Source: Paludibacteraceae bacterium (GTDB taxonomy: Bacteria > Bacteroidota > Bacteroidia > Bacteroidales > Paludibacteraceae). Taken from it: a stretch of 64,000 bases of DNA. The stretch lies in contig JAQUTW010000002.1 of assembly GCA_028694215.1 (NCBI GenBank), forward strand, positions 13,915 through 77,914, given 5' to 3'. Shown here piece after piece: positions 19,534-28,521 of this stretch (the first letter of the stretch is position 1; every line of letters begins with the position of its first letter). The translations under genes were made by a program, and so were the position numbers. The notes under the pieces are model-generated. The model was not told the DNA's origin and made no database searches. It worked only from the letters and a program-made list of their open reading frames with translations.

Positions 19534-22500
19534 TTACACAAAATATTTATTCAAAATCTCCTGCTTTCGGGCGGCGCAACCGTCCATTACTGCTTTTGCC
19601 TTGGCTATTTCGGCTTCATAGGTTTCCACTTCGGCGATGGCTTTTTCTTGTTCCTTAATGGGAGCAACTTTTACTGTTAGACTTGTTATCCTGTCAATTG
19701 AAGCACGATAACTACGTTTGAAGCCAGCCTTTTTTCCTTCACGTTCTAACAGCCAAGCCATATATTTTGGTAAAATATCGTTGGTCTTTATTCTCAAAAC
19801 TCCACAATGGTCTGTTGGATAAAACCGCTGATTGGCAGGAATGGTGTTTACCATCCAATCTCCGTCGATGCCCCATAAAACAGAAGGCATAGAAAAATCT
19901 TCAAACAATAATTTATTAATCATTCCAAAAGGTTCAAATACATTGGCGCTAAAGACAGGAATGTCATAATCCGGATTTACTTCAGTATTTAGTACCCTGC
20001 GACCTATCGAAATATCAAAGATGTAACTACTTGATAATCTGTAATTTTTCCCCTGATTTTTACTTATAACTTCCAGGTTTTCAAAGACTTGTGCTATTTC
20101 CTTTTTATATTCTTCTATGCTCATGCGGCTGCTGTTGTATTCTTCATCAACCTTTTCACACTCGGAAACAATTTGCTGCTGAATGGAAAGAGGAGGAAGA
20201 GGAATTTGAATATTTTTCAAGCCTTCTTTTTGAAGATGTTTTAAACCTACTCCTTTGAAATACAAGGTATTTATATCTTGAATAATGTTTTGCAACATAA
20301 AAAACATTAATTTGGTTTTTAATGTCGTCTCAGCTTTACTTTTTATTACATAGGTGTCTGTTGAATAAGCTGCTTTACCATTATAAAATTTTATACCTGC
20401 ATTTCCTCCGGTAGATAAATATATATTCTCTCCATCAACCAAATAATCTAAATAAGAATAAATATTTTCGCCACTTGTAAAAAAAGGATAAGTAGCATTC
20501 TTCAATTCTTTTGCTGCATTTACCTGTATTTTAGATTTTTTATTTTCAAAAATATAATCACCCAACTTCACCAACGGGTATTTGCTTTGAATTTCTACTT
20601 TTTTCACGGCACTTGTACGCAGAGCCTTATCGAATGAAACACGCGAAAAGTCGAGCATATCCACAAGTCGAACATAAGAAACATAATCGTTGGCTACATT
20701 GGAATTTTCTCCGTTAAAGTTGTCGCGAATCATGGAGTTGATTTTTTCCGGATTTGTCAAATTCAAGGGATCGAAAAGTGGCGTTTTTATTTGATTAATG
20801 CCTTTGTTGTTGTTTATTTGGTCGTCGTCATCGGCGGTTGCCGTGCTTGCTCCAATGTATTTTATACCTTCGTTGCCTTTTGCTCCGCTCCATTCGTAAC
20901 CCAAAAACTGTTTCATGGCTTTGTTGTCTGCCGGACTTTTTACGATCAGCACGTTTTGCGGATTGCTCATAGCCAACATAAAATAGTATATCTTTTCTTT
21001 TTCGGCGTTTCGTACAGATTGCACTATGTATTTGTTCAGTTCGGCAGTTTTGTCGTCAAGAGTATATTTTTCGGTAATGCGTTTTTTCTTTATGCTGCGT
21101 GCTTTTGTATCGTCTTCAAACGTTTTGCGGTATTCCTTAAATAGGTCTGTTTCAGAAATAGCGTTGTTTGGTTCGCCATTCAAAAGTGTTTTGTAGTCAT
21201 CAAAACCGACCTTTATATGTTTGCAATAATCTTTTAATAAATCGGTATCTTCAAAAACTTCATCTTTCCCAAAATCACCGTCAAACCAAGCATTTACACG
21301 GTTTTTGTAATGTTCGGCAATATCCGGGTTTGTCTGTTTGTGCTTCATGAAAAGCGTAGCGGTATTTGTGCCTGTTTTGCCGAATGTTCCGCTTCCAAAC
21401 TCGGCAATGGCAACCAAGTCAAAGTATTTCAATATTATTTCACGACATTTGATGTAGATGTTTCCGTTGCTCAAAATGCTTGACGGCAATATAATGGCAG
21501 CCACACCGCCACTCTGCAGCAATTGTGCGGCACGTTCCACAAAAAACGTTTCGATGGAATTTGTTTTTGAAACATCGCTTACTTCATCGGCAAGCGAGAA
21601 ACTTTGGCGGTCGGTTTCGCTCAACGTTTCCAAAAAACCTTTTACGCTATACGGAGGATTGGCAACAAGTACGGAATAGCTCCCGTTTTTCACTTCGGAA
21701 TTTTTCGCCAAGGCATCGGCATAAATGATTTTTATTTCGTCTTGTCCGTACATAAAAGCGGAAACTTTTGCCACTTTTGAAAGTCTGTATTCTTTTTCTA
21801 TGCCGGTTATAGCAGCATAATAATCGTGCAAAGAGGCACTATTACGCTGCGTTACGTATGGTTTTATTTGTCCGGCATATTCATTTAAAAAATGCCCTGC
21901 ACCACAAGCATAATCTATCACCTTGGGAGGTTCGCCACTTTCCGAAATGATTTTCTCGAGCGGAAGAGATGATATTAGAAACTTTACGATTGGCATGGGC
22001 GTAAAAAATTGCCCTTCGCTTTGCTTTACACCTTGGTCAAGAAAACCCTCAAAAAGATCGCCGAGAAATTGATTTTGTGTTTCGGTTTTCAGTTTTATAT
22101 CCTGCAACATCTGTACAATCTTTTTCAGCACCGTTGCATTTTGGTAAAACAGATGTTCGTTATGCACATCAATGAAGGCAAAATCGTTGTTGGTAAAAAA
22201 CTTCAATTGACGGAAATAGTCCAAAATGGTTTTTCGGGTTGCATCGGGGTCATTTTTAAACAGTCTGAAAGCCTCGTTTATGTCGGCATTGTCGATATAG
22301 GTTACGTCATCGTTGAGAAACTTTTTCATTCCCGTCTGATAGAGCTTCTGCAATCGGTCTTGCAAGCGGAAAAAATCATCGTAGGCAGCACCTTTCCAAT
22401 AAAATGCCAACTCTTGAGAATTGTCGGTTTCGTCCACCACTTTGCAAAGGAACAGATTTACTAATTTATCAAAAGCATTTTCGTGGCTTCCAACGTTGTG

Positions 22501-23286
22501 CTGCCGCAAAATAGTGGCAAACTCGTGATATTTTTTTTGAATGGCGGTATTGTCCACTTCCACCAAATCGGCAACGCTGTATTTGTTTTTACCAATGGTG
22601 TAGGCGGCAATATCGGGTTCAAACAATCCGCGTGTGGCGGCATCTTGCTGATAGGTTTCTTTCCACGTTGCAAAAAGTTCTTTGTTGTTTTTTGCCTCTT
22701 TGTATGTTTTCGGCTTTTTCAGTGTGGCAATCAGTTCGTTGTTGTCTTGAACGTTTATCAGATAATAATTCAGTTTTATATCATCGCCCACAAAATCGCT
22801 GGCATAAAGACACAAGAATTTTGTAGATTGTTCCTGCTGAAAGTAGCTGAACAATTGCGCGCCGTCATCGCAAGTATCAGCCCATGCTTTTGAAAACTCC
22901 GACCCTGCGGTTTTACACTCCACAATCAGCAAAGACTGTTTGCTGCTATCCTCGTTAAGCGTGCGCACCCATATATCGGCACGTCCGCCACTTGCGCCGT
23001 GTCCGAGTTTCCATTTTGGCTCAAGCTCTATATGTTCGGGATTATAGCCCTTTTCCAACAAGCGACATACACATCCAAATACTACAAAATTTTCGTTTGC
23101 CTTGAAATTACAAGTTTGTCTTTCGTTTACCGTAAAGCCTTTGTTTTCAGGATACACGATTTCTTCTTTGTCAAAATCCACTTTTACATCACAATCCTGC
23201 GTTTCAAAATGCTTGGTAAACAGGTTGTTCGCTTCGGTAAAACCGAGTTTTCTTAATAAAGGTTTGAATGTGTCTTTTGTTATCAT
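19534..23286 (-). CDS. Single-polypeptide restriction-modification-specificity enzyme (Type IIB/IIG architecture: PD-(D/E)XK nuclease + gamma N6-adenine MTase + two HsdS-like TRDs)
   Basis: N-terminus GGRADIWV...LLIVECK. MTase motifs GQFFTP, VIDYACGAGHFL (I) and VLVANPPYSVKG (IV). The C-terminal roughly 430 aa form two TRD-plus-helix halves. Confidence 0.85.
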   Translation of the reverse strand: MITKDTFKPLLRKLGFTEANNLFTKHFETQDCDVKVDFDKEEIVYPENKGFTVNERQTCNFKANENFVVFGCVCRLLEKGYNPEHIELEPKWKLGHGASGGRADIWVRTLNEDSSKQSLLIVECKTAGSEFSKAWADTCDDGAQLFSYFQQEQSTKFLCLYASDFVGDDIKLNYYLINVQDNNELIATLKKPKTYKEAKNNKELFATWKETYQQDAATRGLFEPDIAAYTIGKNKYSVADLVEVDNTAIQKKYHEFATILRQHNVGSHENAFDKLVNLFLCKVVDETDNSQELAFYWKGAAYDDFFRLQDRLQKLYQTGMKKFLNDDVTYIDNADINEAFRLFKNDPDATRKTILDYFRQLKFFTNNDFAFIDVHNEHLFYQNATVLKKIVQMLQDIKLKTETQNQFLGDLFEGFLDQGVKQSEGQFFTPMPIVKFLISSLPLEKIISESGEPPKVIDYACGAGHFLNEYAGQIKPYVTQRNSASLHDYYAAITGIEKEYRLSKVAKVSAFMYGQDEIKIIYADALAKNSEVKNGSYSVLVANPPYSVKGFLETLSETDRQSFSLADEVSDVSKTNSIETFFVERAAQLLQSGGVAAIILPSSILSNGNIYIKCREIILKYFDLVAIAEFGSGTFGKTGTNTATLFMKHKQTNPDIAEHYKNRVNAWFDGDFGKDEVFEDTDLLKDYCKHIKVGFDDYKTLLNGEPNNAISETDLFKEYRKTFEDDTKARSIKKKRITEKYTLDDKTAELNKYIVQSVRNAEKEKIYYFMLAMSNPQNVLIVKSPADNKAMKQFLGYEWSGAKGNEGIKYIGASTATADDDDQINNNKGINQIKTPLFDPLNLTNPEKINSMIRDNFNGENSNVANDYVSYVRLVDMLDFSRVSFDKALRTSAVKKVEIQSKYPLVKLGDYIFENKKSKIQVNAAKELKNATYPFFTSGENIYSYLDYLVDGENIYLSTGGNAGIKFYNGKAAYSTDTYVIKSKAETTLKTKLMFFMLQNIIQDINTLYFKGVGLKHLQKEGLKNIQIPLPPLSIQQQIVSECEKVDEEYNSSRMSIEEYKKEIAQVFENLEVISKNQGKNYRLSSSYIFDISIGRRVLNTEVNPDYDIPVFSANVFEPFGMINKLLFEDFSMPSVLWGIDGDWMVNTIPANQRFYPTDHCGVLRIKTNDILPKYMAWLLEREGKKAGFKRSYRASIDRITSLTVKVAPIKEQEKAIAEVETYEAEIAKAKAVMDGCAARKQEILNKYFV

Positions 23287-23369
23287 CTGCCCATATCGTT
23301 TAAAAGTTTCGGCTTCAAAAACTCTTAAACTCTAAGCAATAAAAAAAGCGTGAAACTGCCCGTTTGATT

Positions 23370-23507
23370 GCTTATTAATCACTGACGATTCCGCTAAAAT
23401 CTTGTACCTTAATAAGCACGAAACAGTTCACGCCCGTAGGCGTAAACTTTCACATGCTTATTCTCGGTACATTAAAAAATTAGCGGATTTTCAGTGAGAG
23501 AATAAGA
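23370..23507. other. 138-nt quasi-palindrome / long imperfect hairpin (six helices, about 42 bp) in the predicted leader of the R-M-S gene
   Basis: Hand-paired helices are listed in findings. The family is unknown. Confidence 0.5.
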
Positions 23508-23579
23508 GCTAAAGCTCTATAATTATGTAAATTCTACTGTTTTATTTTTTTGACTTCTGTTTTTTATTGGTTTAACGGA

Positions 23580-23587
23580 CAAAGATA
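23580..23587 (-). promoter_or_regulatory. -7 element TATCTTTG (minus strand), candidate promoter of the R-M-S gene
   Basis: The plus strand reads CAAAGATA. It lies about 294 nt upstream of the ATG at 23286 and is divergent from the SDR promoter. Confidence 0.5.
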
Positions 23588-23646
23588 CACAATATTTCTC
23601 GGTCACGAAAAGAAACTTTATATTACAAGTTTTAAGGAAAAATCAG

Positions 23647-23654
23647 TATCTTTG
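23647..23654 (+). promoter_or_regulatory. -7 element TATCTTTG for the SDR gene
   Basis: Exact motif ending 22 nt before the ATG at 23676. Confidence 0.65.
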
Positions 23655-23675
23655 CAGCCGCAAATAAAAAATCGT

Positions 23676-24476
23676 ATGAAACAAGCAGAACAAAAGGGTG
23701 GTGTGGCATTGGTAACCGGCGCAAGTTCGGGTATCGGTTTGATGTATGCCACCGAATTAGCCCATCAGGGGCACGATTTACTGATTGTCAGCAATCAAGA
23801 AAAAGAAATACAAGAAACAGCCGAACAACTGACTGCCGAATTTGGTGTAAAAGTTACTGCTCTTTATCGCAATTTGGCACTAATCGATGCAGCAGAAGAT
23901 TTACATCAATATTGTGTCGATAACCATATTGAAATAGATATTTTGATAAACAATGCCGGTGTATTTTTCTTCAACGAACTTACAAAAACGGATATGCGTC
24001 GTGTCGAATTGATGTTGTCGTTGCATATAATGACCGTTACAAAAATGTGCAAACTCTTTGGAGCGGACATGTGTCAACGCGGGAATGGTTATATTCTCAA
24101 TATGAGTTCGATGAGTGCATGGATGGCTATGCCGGGTATTCAATGTTATAATGCCACAAAATCGTATATTTTAAATTTCAGTCGCTCATTGTGGTACGAA
24201 CTAAAGCCTTACGGTGTGAGCGTTACTGCCATTTGTCCGGGTGCAGTTGATACCGGATTGTACGGTTTAAGTGCCAAGTGGCGCAAAATAGCTATTGCTG
24301 TCAATGTGTCAATTCGTCCTGAGAAATTGGTAAAAATTGCACTGAAAAAAATGTTCAAACGCAAAAAACAAGCTATGCCGGGAGCAATCAATTATCTGTT
24401 TGTACCATTCATTAAGCATTTACCCGATTGGGCTGTGTTTTTTGCCATGAGCAAAATAAAGCAGTTTCAGAAATAA
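23676..24476 (+). CDS. Short-chain dehydrogenase/reductase (classical SDR)
   Basis: VALVTGASSGIG, NNAG and YNATKSY motifs. The track start at 23550 is TTG and lies upstream of the promoter motif, so I use the ATG at 23676. Confidence 0.88.
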   Translation: MKQAEQKGGVALVTGASSGIGLMYATELAHQGHDLLIVSNQEKEIQETAEQLTAEFGVKVTALYRNLALIDAAEDLHQYCVDNHIEIDILINNAGVFFFNELTKTDMRRVELMLSLHIMTVTKMCKLFGADMCQRGNGYILNMSSMSAWMAMPGIQCYNATKSYILNFSRSLWYELKPYGVSVTAICPGAVDTGLYGLSAKWRKIAIAVNVSIRPEKLVKIALKKMFKRKKQAMPGAINYLFVPFIKHLPDWAVFFAMSKIKQFQK

Positions 24477-24486
24477 ATACACTGAT

Positions 24487-24531
24487 AAAATAGAAACAGC
24501 TGCAATAATTTATTGCAGCTGTTTCTATTTT
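24487..24531. terminator. Bidirectional terminator
   Basis: Perfect 21-bp stem AAAATAGAAACAGCTGCAATA/TATTGCAGCTGTTTCTATTTT. Confidence 0.9.
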
Positions 24532-24548
24532 TGATTAAACGTTGAGAA

Positions 24549-25256
24549 TTAAATAATTCCGAAAGCAACTTCCATCATATTTGTGAAACTTGTCTGACGT
24601 TGTTCGGCAGTTGTGGCTTCTCCCGTAACGATAGAATCGGATATTGTGCAGATACACAATGCTTTATTTCCACTGCGAGCTGCATTCATATACAAAGCCG
24701 GAGCTTCCATTTCAACAGCCAAAACACCCATTTTTTGCCATACAAGACTACCACCTTCATCATAAAAAGTATCGCTGGAATAAACGTTACCAACTTTATA
24801 ATTAACGCCAAGTTTATCGGCGGTCTCAGCTGCTTTGCGACATAACCCGAAATCGGCAATAGGAGCATACGTTCCGGGTAAATTATATTGTGCGGCATAA
24901 TTAGAATTGGTACATGCGCCCATGGCAATAACAATATCGCCTAATTTCAAATCGGGATCAAGTGAACCTGCGGAACCGACACGAATAATGGTTTTGACAC
25001 CATAGAAATTGAATAATTCATAAGTATAAATACCAATAGAAGGAATTCCCATTCCGTGTCCCTGTATAGAAATGCGTTTACCTTTATAAGTTCCTGTAAA
25101 TCCGAGCATTCCACGCACTTGATTATATACAACCGGATTTTCAAGGTAACGTTCTGCCATAAATTTTGCACGTAAAGGATCGCCCGCCATAATAACGGTT
25201 TCTGCAATTTCGCCAAATTTTGCCCCGATATGGGGAGTTGGAGTTTTGTCTTTCAT
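24549..25256 (-). CDS. deoD: Purine nucleoside phosphorylase, DeoD type
   Basis: [26 protein letters not shown]...GHGMGIPS...VEMEAPALY. Confidence 0.95.
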   Translation of the reverse strand: MKDKTPTPHIGAKFGEIAETVIMAGDPLRAKFMAERYLENPVVYNQVRGMLGFTGTYKGKRISIQGHGMGIPSIGIYTYELFNFYGVKTIIRVGSAGSLDPDLKLGDIVIAMGACTNSNYAAQYNLPGTYAPIADFGLCRKAAETADKLGVNYKVGNVYSSDTFYDEGGSLVWQKMGVLAVEMEAPALYMNAARSGNKALCICTISDSIVTGEATTAEQRQTSFTNMMEVAFGII

Positions 25257-25326
25257 AACTAACTTATTTTTAGGTTAATACTGTTTATTTCTTATATAAA
25301 GAAATGAGTTGATAAAATATTATGAA

Positions 25327-25334
25327 CAAAGATA
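25327..25334 (-). promoter_or_regulatory. -7 element TATCTTTG (minus strand) for deoD
   Basis: The plus strand reads CAAAGATA, about 70 nt upstream of the deoD ATG. Confidence 0.55.
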
Positions 25335-25398
25335 CATTCCTTTTTTTTAATTATCAAATTGTAATACCGCTTTTTTTTGAAATTTATCGATTTTTATA

Positions 25399-25406
25399 TA
25401 CCTTTG
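25399..25406 (+). promoter_or_regulatory. -7 element TACCTTTG for rarA
   Basis: TAnnTTTG match 31 nt upstream of the ATG at 25437. Confidence 0.55.
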
Positions 25407-25436
25407 TTGTTTCTGCCACTTAATTTTTACAGAAAT

Positions 25437-26702
25437 ATGCAACCTTTAGCTGAGCGGCTTCGCCCTGAAACACTTGATAATTATATCGGTCAAAAACATT
25501 TGGTTGGTGAAAATGCCGTATTGCGAAAAATGATAGAATCCGGTCATCTGTCGTCGTTCATTCTTTGGGGACCGCCGGGAGTAGGAAAAACTACTTTGGC
25601 ACATATCATAGCAACACATCTCAATCGACCTTTCTACACATTAAGTGCCATCAATTCAGGCGTAAAAGATGTACGAGATATCATTGAAAAAGCCAAATCA
25701 AACCGTTTTTTCTCGGAAGCCAATCCGGTTTTGTTTATTGATGAAATTCACCGTTTCAGCAAATCGCAGCAAGATTCTTTGTTGGGAGCAGTAGAAAAAG
25801 GTATTGTTACGCTTATTGGAGCAACGACAGAAAATCCTTCGTTTGAAGTTATCACACCGCTATTGTCACGTTGTCAAGTGTATGTTTTACAGCCACTTGG
25901 CAAAGACGATTTATTGGCATTGGCACAACGTGCCATTACAACCGATTATGAGCTTAAACAACGTGATATTACCATAGAAGAAGATGAAGCGTTATTGAGG
26001 TTTGCTGGTGGCGACGCACGTAAACTTTTGAATATTATTGATTTAATGTGTCAAACCGATACCGACGAAAAAGTGATTATCAATAACCACAATGTGGTAG
26101 AACGGTTGCAACAAAATCCGATGGCCTACGACAAAAACGGCGAACTGCATTACGATATTATTTCCGCTTTTATCAAGTCGGTGCGTGGCAGCGATCCGGA
26201 TGCAGCCGTCTATTGGCTGGCACGCATGGTTGTTGGGGGAGAAGACCCAAAATTTATTGCCCGTCGTTTGGTTATTTTGGCTTCCGAAGATATTGGTTTG
26301 GCAAATCCCAACGCTCTTTTATTGGCAAATGCCTGCTTTGATGCTTTGCAAAAAATCGGCTGGCCGGAAGGACGCATTATTTTGGCAGAAACCACCGTCT
26401 ATTTAGCCACAAGTCCTAAAAGCAATTCGGCTTATTTATCTATAAATGAAGCCATCGCAAAAGTTAAGGAAACCGGAAATTTACCGGTGCCGTTACATTT
26501 GCGTAATGCACCAACCAAATTGATGGAAGAGCTAAATTATGGCAAGGAATATAAATATGCACACGACTACAAAAATCATTTTGTAGAGCAGCAATATTTA
26601 CCCGAAGAACTAAAAAACATTAAATTTTGGCAACCTCAGGACAATCCGGCTGAAAAAAAACTGGACGAATATCTCAAACGATTAAACAGCAATCATTCAT
26701 AA
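25437..26702 (+). CDS. rarA: Replication-associated recombination protein A (AAA+ ATPase RarA/MgsA)
   Basis: MQPLAERLRPETLDNYIGQKHL, GPPGVGKTT and DEIHRF motifs, plus the C-terminal MgsA domain. The track start at 25377 overlaps the promoter. Confidence 0.93.
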   Translation: MQPLAERLRPETLDNYIGQKHLVGENAVLRKMIESGHLSSFILWGPPGVGKTTLAHIIATHLNRPFYTLSAINSGVKDVRDIIEKAKSNRFFSEANPVLFIDEIHRFSKSQQDSLLGAVEKGIVTLIGATTENPSFEVITPLLSRCQVYVLQPLGKDDLLALAQRAITTDYELKQRDITIEEDEALLRFAGGDARKLLNIIDLMCQTDTDEKVIINNHNVVERLQQNPMAYDKNGELHYDIISAFIKSVRGSDPDAAVYWLARMVVGGEDPKFIARRLVILASEDIGLANPNALLLANACFDALQKIGWPEGRIILAETTVYLATSPKSNSAYLSINEAIAKVKETGNLPVPLHLRNAPTKLMEELNYGKEYKYAHDYKNHFVEQQYLPEELKNIKFWQPQDNPAEKKLDEYLKRLNSNHS

Positions 26703-26710
26703 AAAAAACA

Positions 26711-26750
26711 GAAAGACCGATTTAAACTGACATTCTTAAACCGGTCTTTC
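26711..26750. terminator. Bidirectional terminator between rarA and htrA
   Basis: GAAAGACCG/CGGTCTTTC stem flanked by A8 upstream and CTTTTT downstream. Confidence 0.7.
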
Positions 26751-26772
26751 CTTTTTACAACAGTAAATCTAT

Positions 26773-28260
26773 CTATTTGTTATTTTCATTCAAGTTGATG
26801 GCATAATGTGCAATACGTCTTGTATTTGGATAAAATCCCGACACAAACATCGCTTTTTCCTGATCATTATTGTTCATCGCAGAAGTAAATATATTTTCAA
26901 TATCACTCTCTGTACGCATTACAGAGTTGTTGATTTTTAATATCACGAAACCTTTTTCTATACCATTTTTAGCGAACAAACCATTTTTTGTTACGGAAGT
27001 AACCTGAATGCCGTAAGCAATTTGAAAATTATATTTCAATTGATCGGAAATGGGTTCAAAAGAAGCACCTAATGTACTCATATCAACTGCTTTAACAATT
27101 GCAGTACTACCAGAACGATTTTTGAGTTCTATGTTACGTGTTTCTGTTTTTCCTTTGCGAACAAACGATACCGTAATTTTGTCACCCGGGCGATAACGTC
27201 CGATTTGCTCTTGAAGTTGTGCCACTGATTTTACTTCCGTGCCATTGATATTGACAATGATATCACCTTCCTCAATTCCTGCTATTTTCGCAGCACTGTT
27301 ATCGGAAACTTTGGCCACATAAGCACCATTTAACTGATTCAACTTTTTCTCTTTGGCAAATTCATCATTAATATCTCTGATTTCTACGCCAAGGACAGCA
27401 CGCTGCACCACGCCGAACTCTTTTAAGTCGGCAACAACTTTGCTGGCAATACTAATAGGAACTGCGAAAGAGTATCCGGTATAACTTCCTGTTTGTGAAG
27501 CAATAGCTGTATTTATTCCTATTAACTCACCACGTGTATTTACCAATGCACCACCACTGTTTCCGGGATTAACGGCTGCATCAGTTTGTATAAACGCTTC
27601 AATCTTCATATCGGCATTTAAAATATTGATATTACGTGCTTTGGCGCTCACAATTCCGGCAGTTACAGTTGATGTCAGATTGAACGGATTACCAACCGCC
27701 AAAACCCATTCGCCGACTTTTAACGCGTCAGAATTGCCAAACGGAATAATAGGTAAATCTTTGGCATCAATTTTCAGTAAAGCAATATCCGTAGAAGGAT
27801 CCGTACCGATAACAGTAGCTTTAAATGAACGTTTGTCATTTAATGTAACTTCTACATTGGTCGATTTTTGAACCACATGATTGTTGGTAATAATGTAACC
27901 ATCTTCTGAAATAATTACTCCGGAACCCGTGCCAACTTGTTCTTGTTGCTGTGGATAGGACTTGTCGGGACGACCAAAGAAAAAATCGAAAAAAGGATCG
28001 TTACCAAAACTGCGAGTCTGTGTCTGAAAAGTTGTTTTAACGTGCACTACGCTATTGACAGAATTTTCGGCTGCCATCGTAAAATCTGTTGGAACAGCTG
28101 TTGCCAACGTTTCTGAGGCAAATCGCGTAGGAGCAGACACTGCCATCTTGTCCGACACATTTTTCTCCGATAATGAATTGGTAATGGCAGTTGTTGCCAC
28201 ACTTAGGGCTGCAACCCCAATTACTAAAACAATTGTTTTAAAAATACTTTGTTTTTTCAT
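26773..28260 (-). CDS. htrA: Do/HtrA-family periplasmic serine endopeptidase with two PDZ domains
   Basis: TNNHV (His), D, and the GNSGGALVN catalytic serine, at 495 aa. Confidence 0.93.
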   Translation of the reverse strand: MKKQSIFKTIVLVIGVAALSVATTAITNSLSEKNVSDKMAVSAPTRFASETLATAVPTDFTMAAENSVNSVVHVKTTFQTQTRSFGNDPFFDFFFGRPDKSYPQQQEQVGTGSGVIISEDGYIITNNHVVQKSTNVEVTLNDKRSFKATVIGTDPSTDIALLKIDAKDLPIIPFGNSDALKVGEWVLAVGNPFNLTSTVTAGIVSAKARNINILNADMKIEAFIQTDAAVNPGNSGGALVNTRGELIGINTAIASQTGSYTGYSFAVPISIASKVVADLKEFGVVQRAVLGVEIRDINDEFAKEKKLNQLNGAYVAKVSDNSAAKIAGIEEGDIIVNINGTEVKSVAQLQEQIGRYRPGDKITVSFVRKGKTETRNIELKNRSGSTAIVKAVDMSTLGASFEPISDQLKYNFQIAYGIQVTSVTKNGLFAKNGIEKGFVILKINNSVMRTESDIENIFTSAMNNNDQEKAMFVSGFYPNTRRIAHYAINLNENNK

Positions 28261-28494
28261 GACTGTGTTATGAGTTTAAATGAATATATAAGTAAAACAT
28301 TCATGCAATATCAAGAAACATACCAAAAACGGTTTTGAAGTCATTTTATTGTTAAAATTAACAGAATTATTGCGATTTTATTTGCAAACAATGTAAATTT
28401 ATAGTTTTTGTAATGATTCGACTGACAAATTGTCAATTTGTAAAATCGTCAGTTCGTAATTTTTCAAATTATACATTTGTGCCTTTATTTTGAC

Positions 28495-28502
28495 TATCTT
28501 TG
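28495..28502 (+). promoter_or_regulatory. -7 element TATCTTTG for the ABC-F gene
   Basis: Exact motif ending 20 nt before the ATG at 28522. Confidence 0.65.
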
Positions 28503-28521
28503 CACCTTAAAAAAGTGAGGT

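Noticed and set aside
23550-23675. TTG-initiated 42-aa extension of the SDR
   Set aside because: It would start upstream of the TATCTTTG motif at 23647. The Rossmann motif begins immediately after the ATG at 23676.
28418-28456. Palindromic sequences (CAAATTG-T-CAATTTG, CGACTGAC/GTCAGTTCG) upstream of the ABC-F gene as an attenuator
   Set aside because: The arms are short and imperfect and cannot stack into one helix. I found no leader peptide ORF. They could be a weak protein-binding site, but the evidence is thin.
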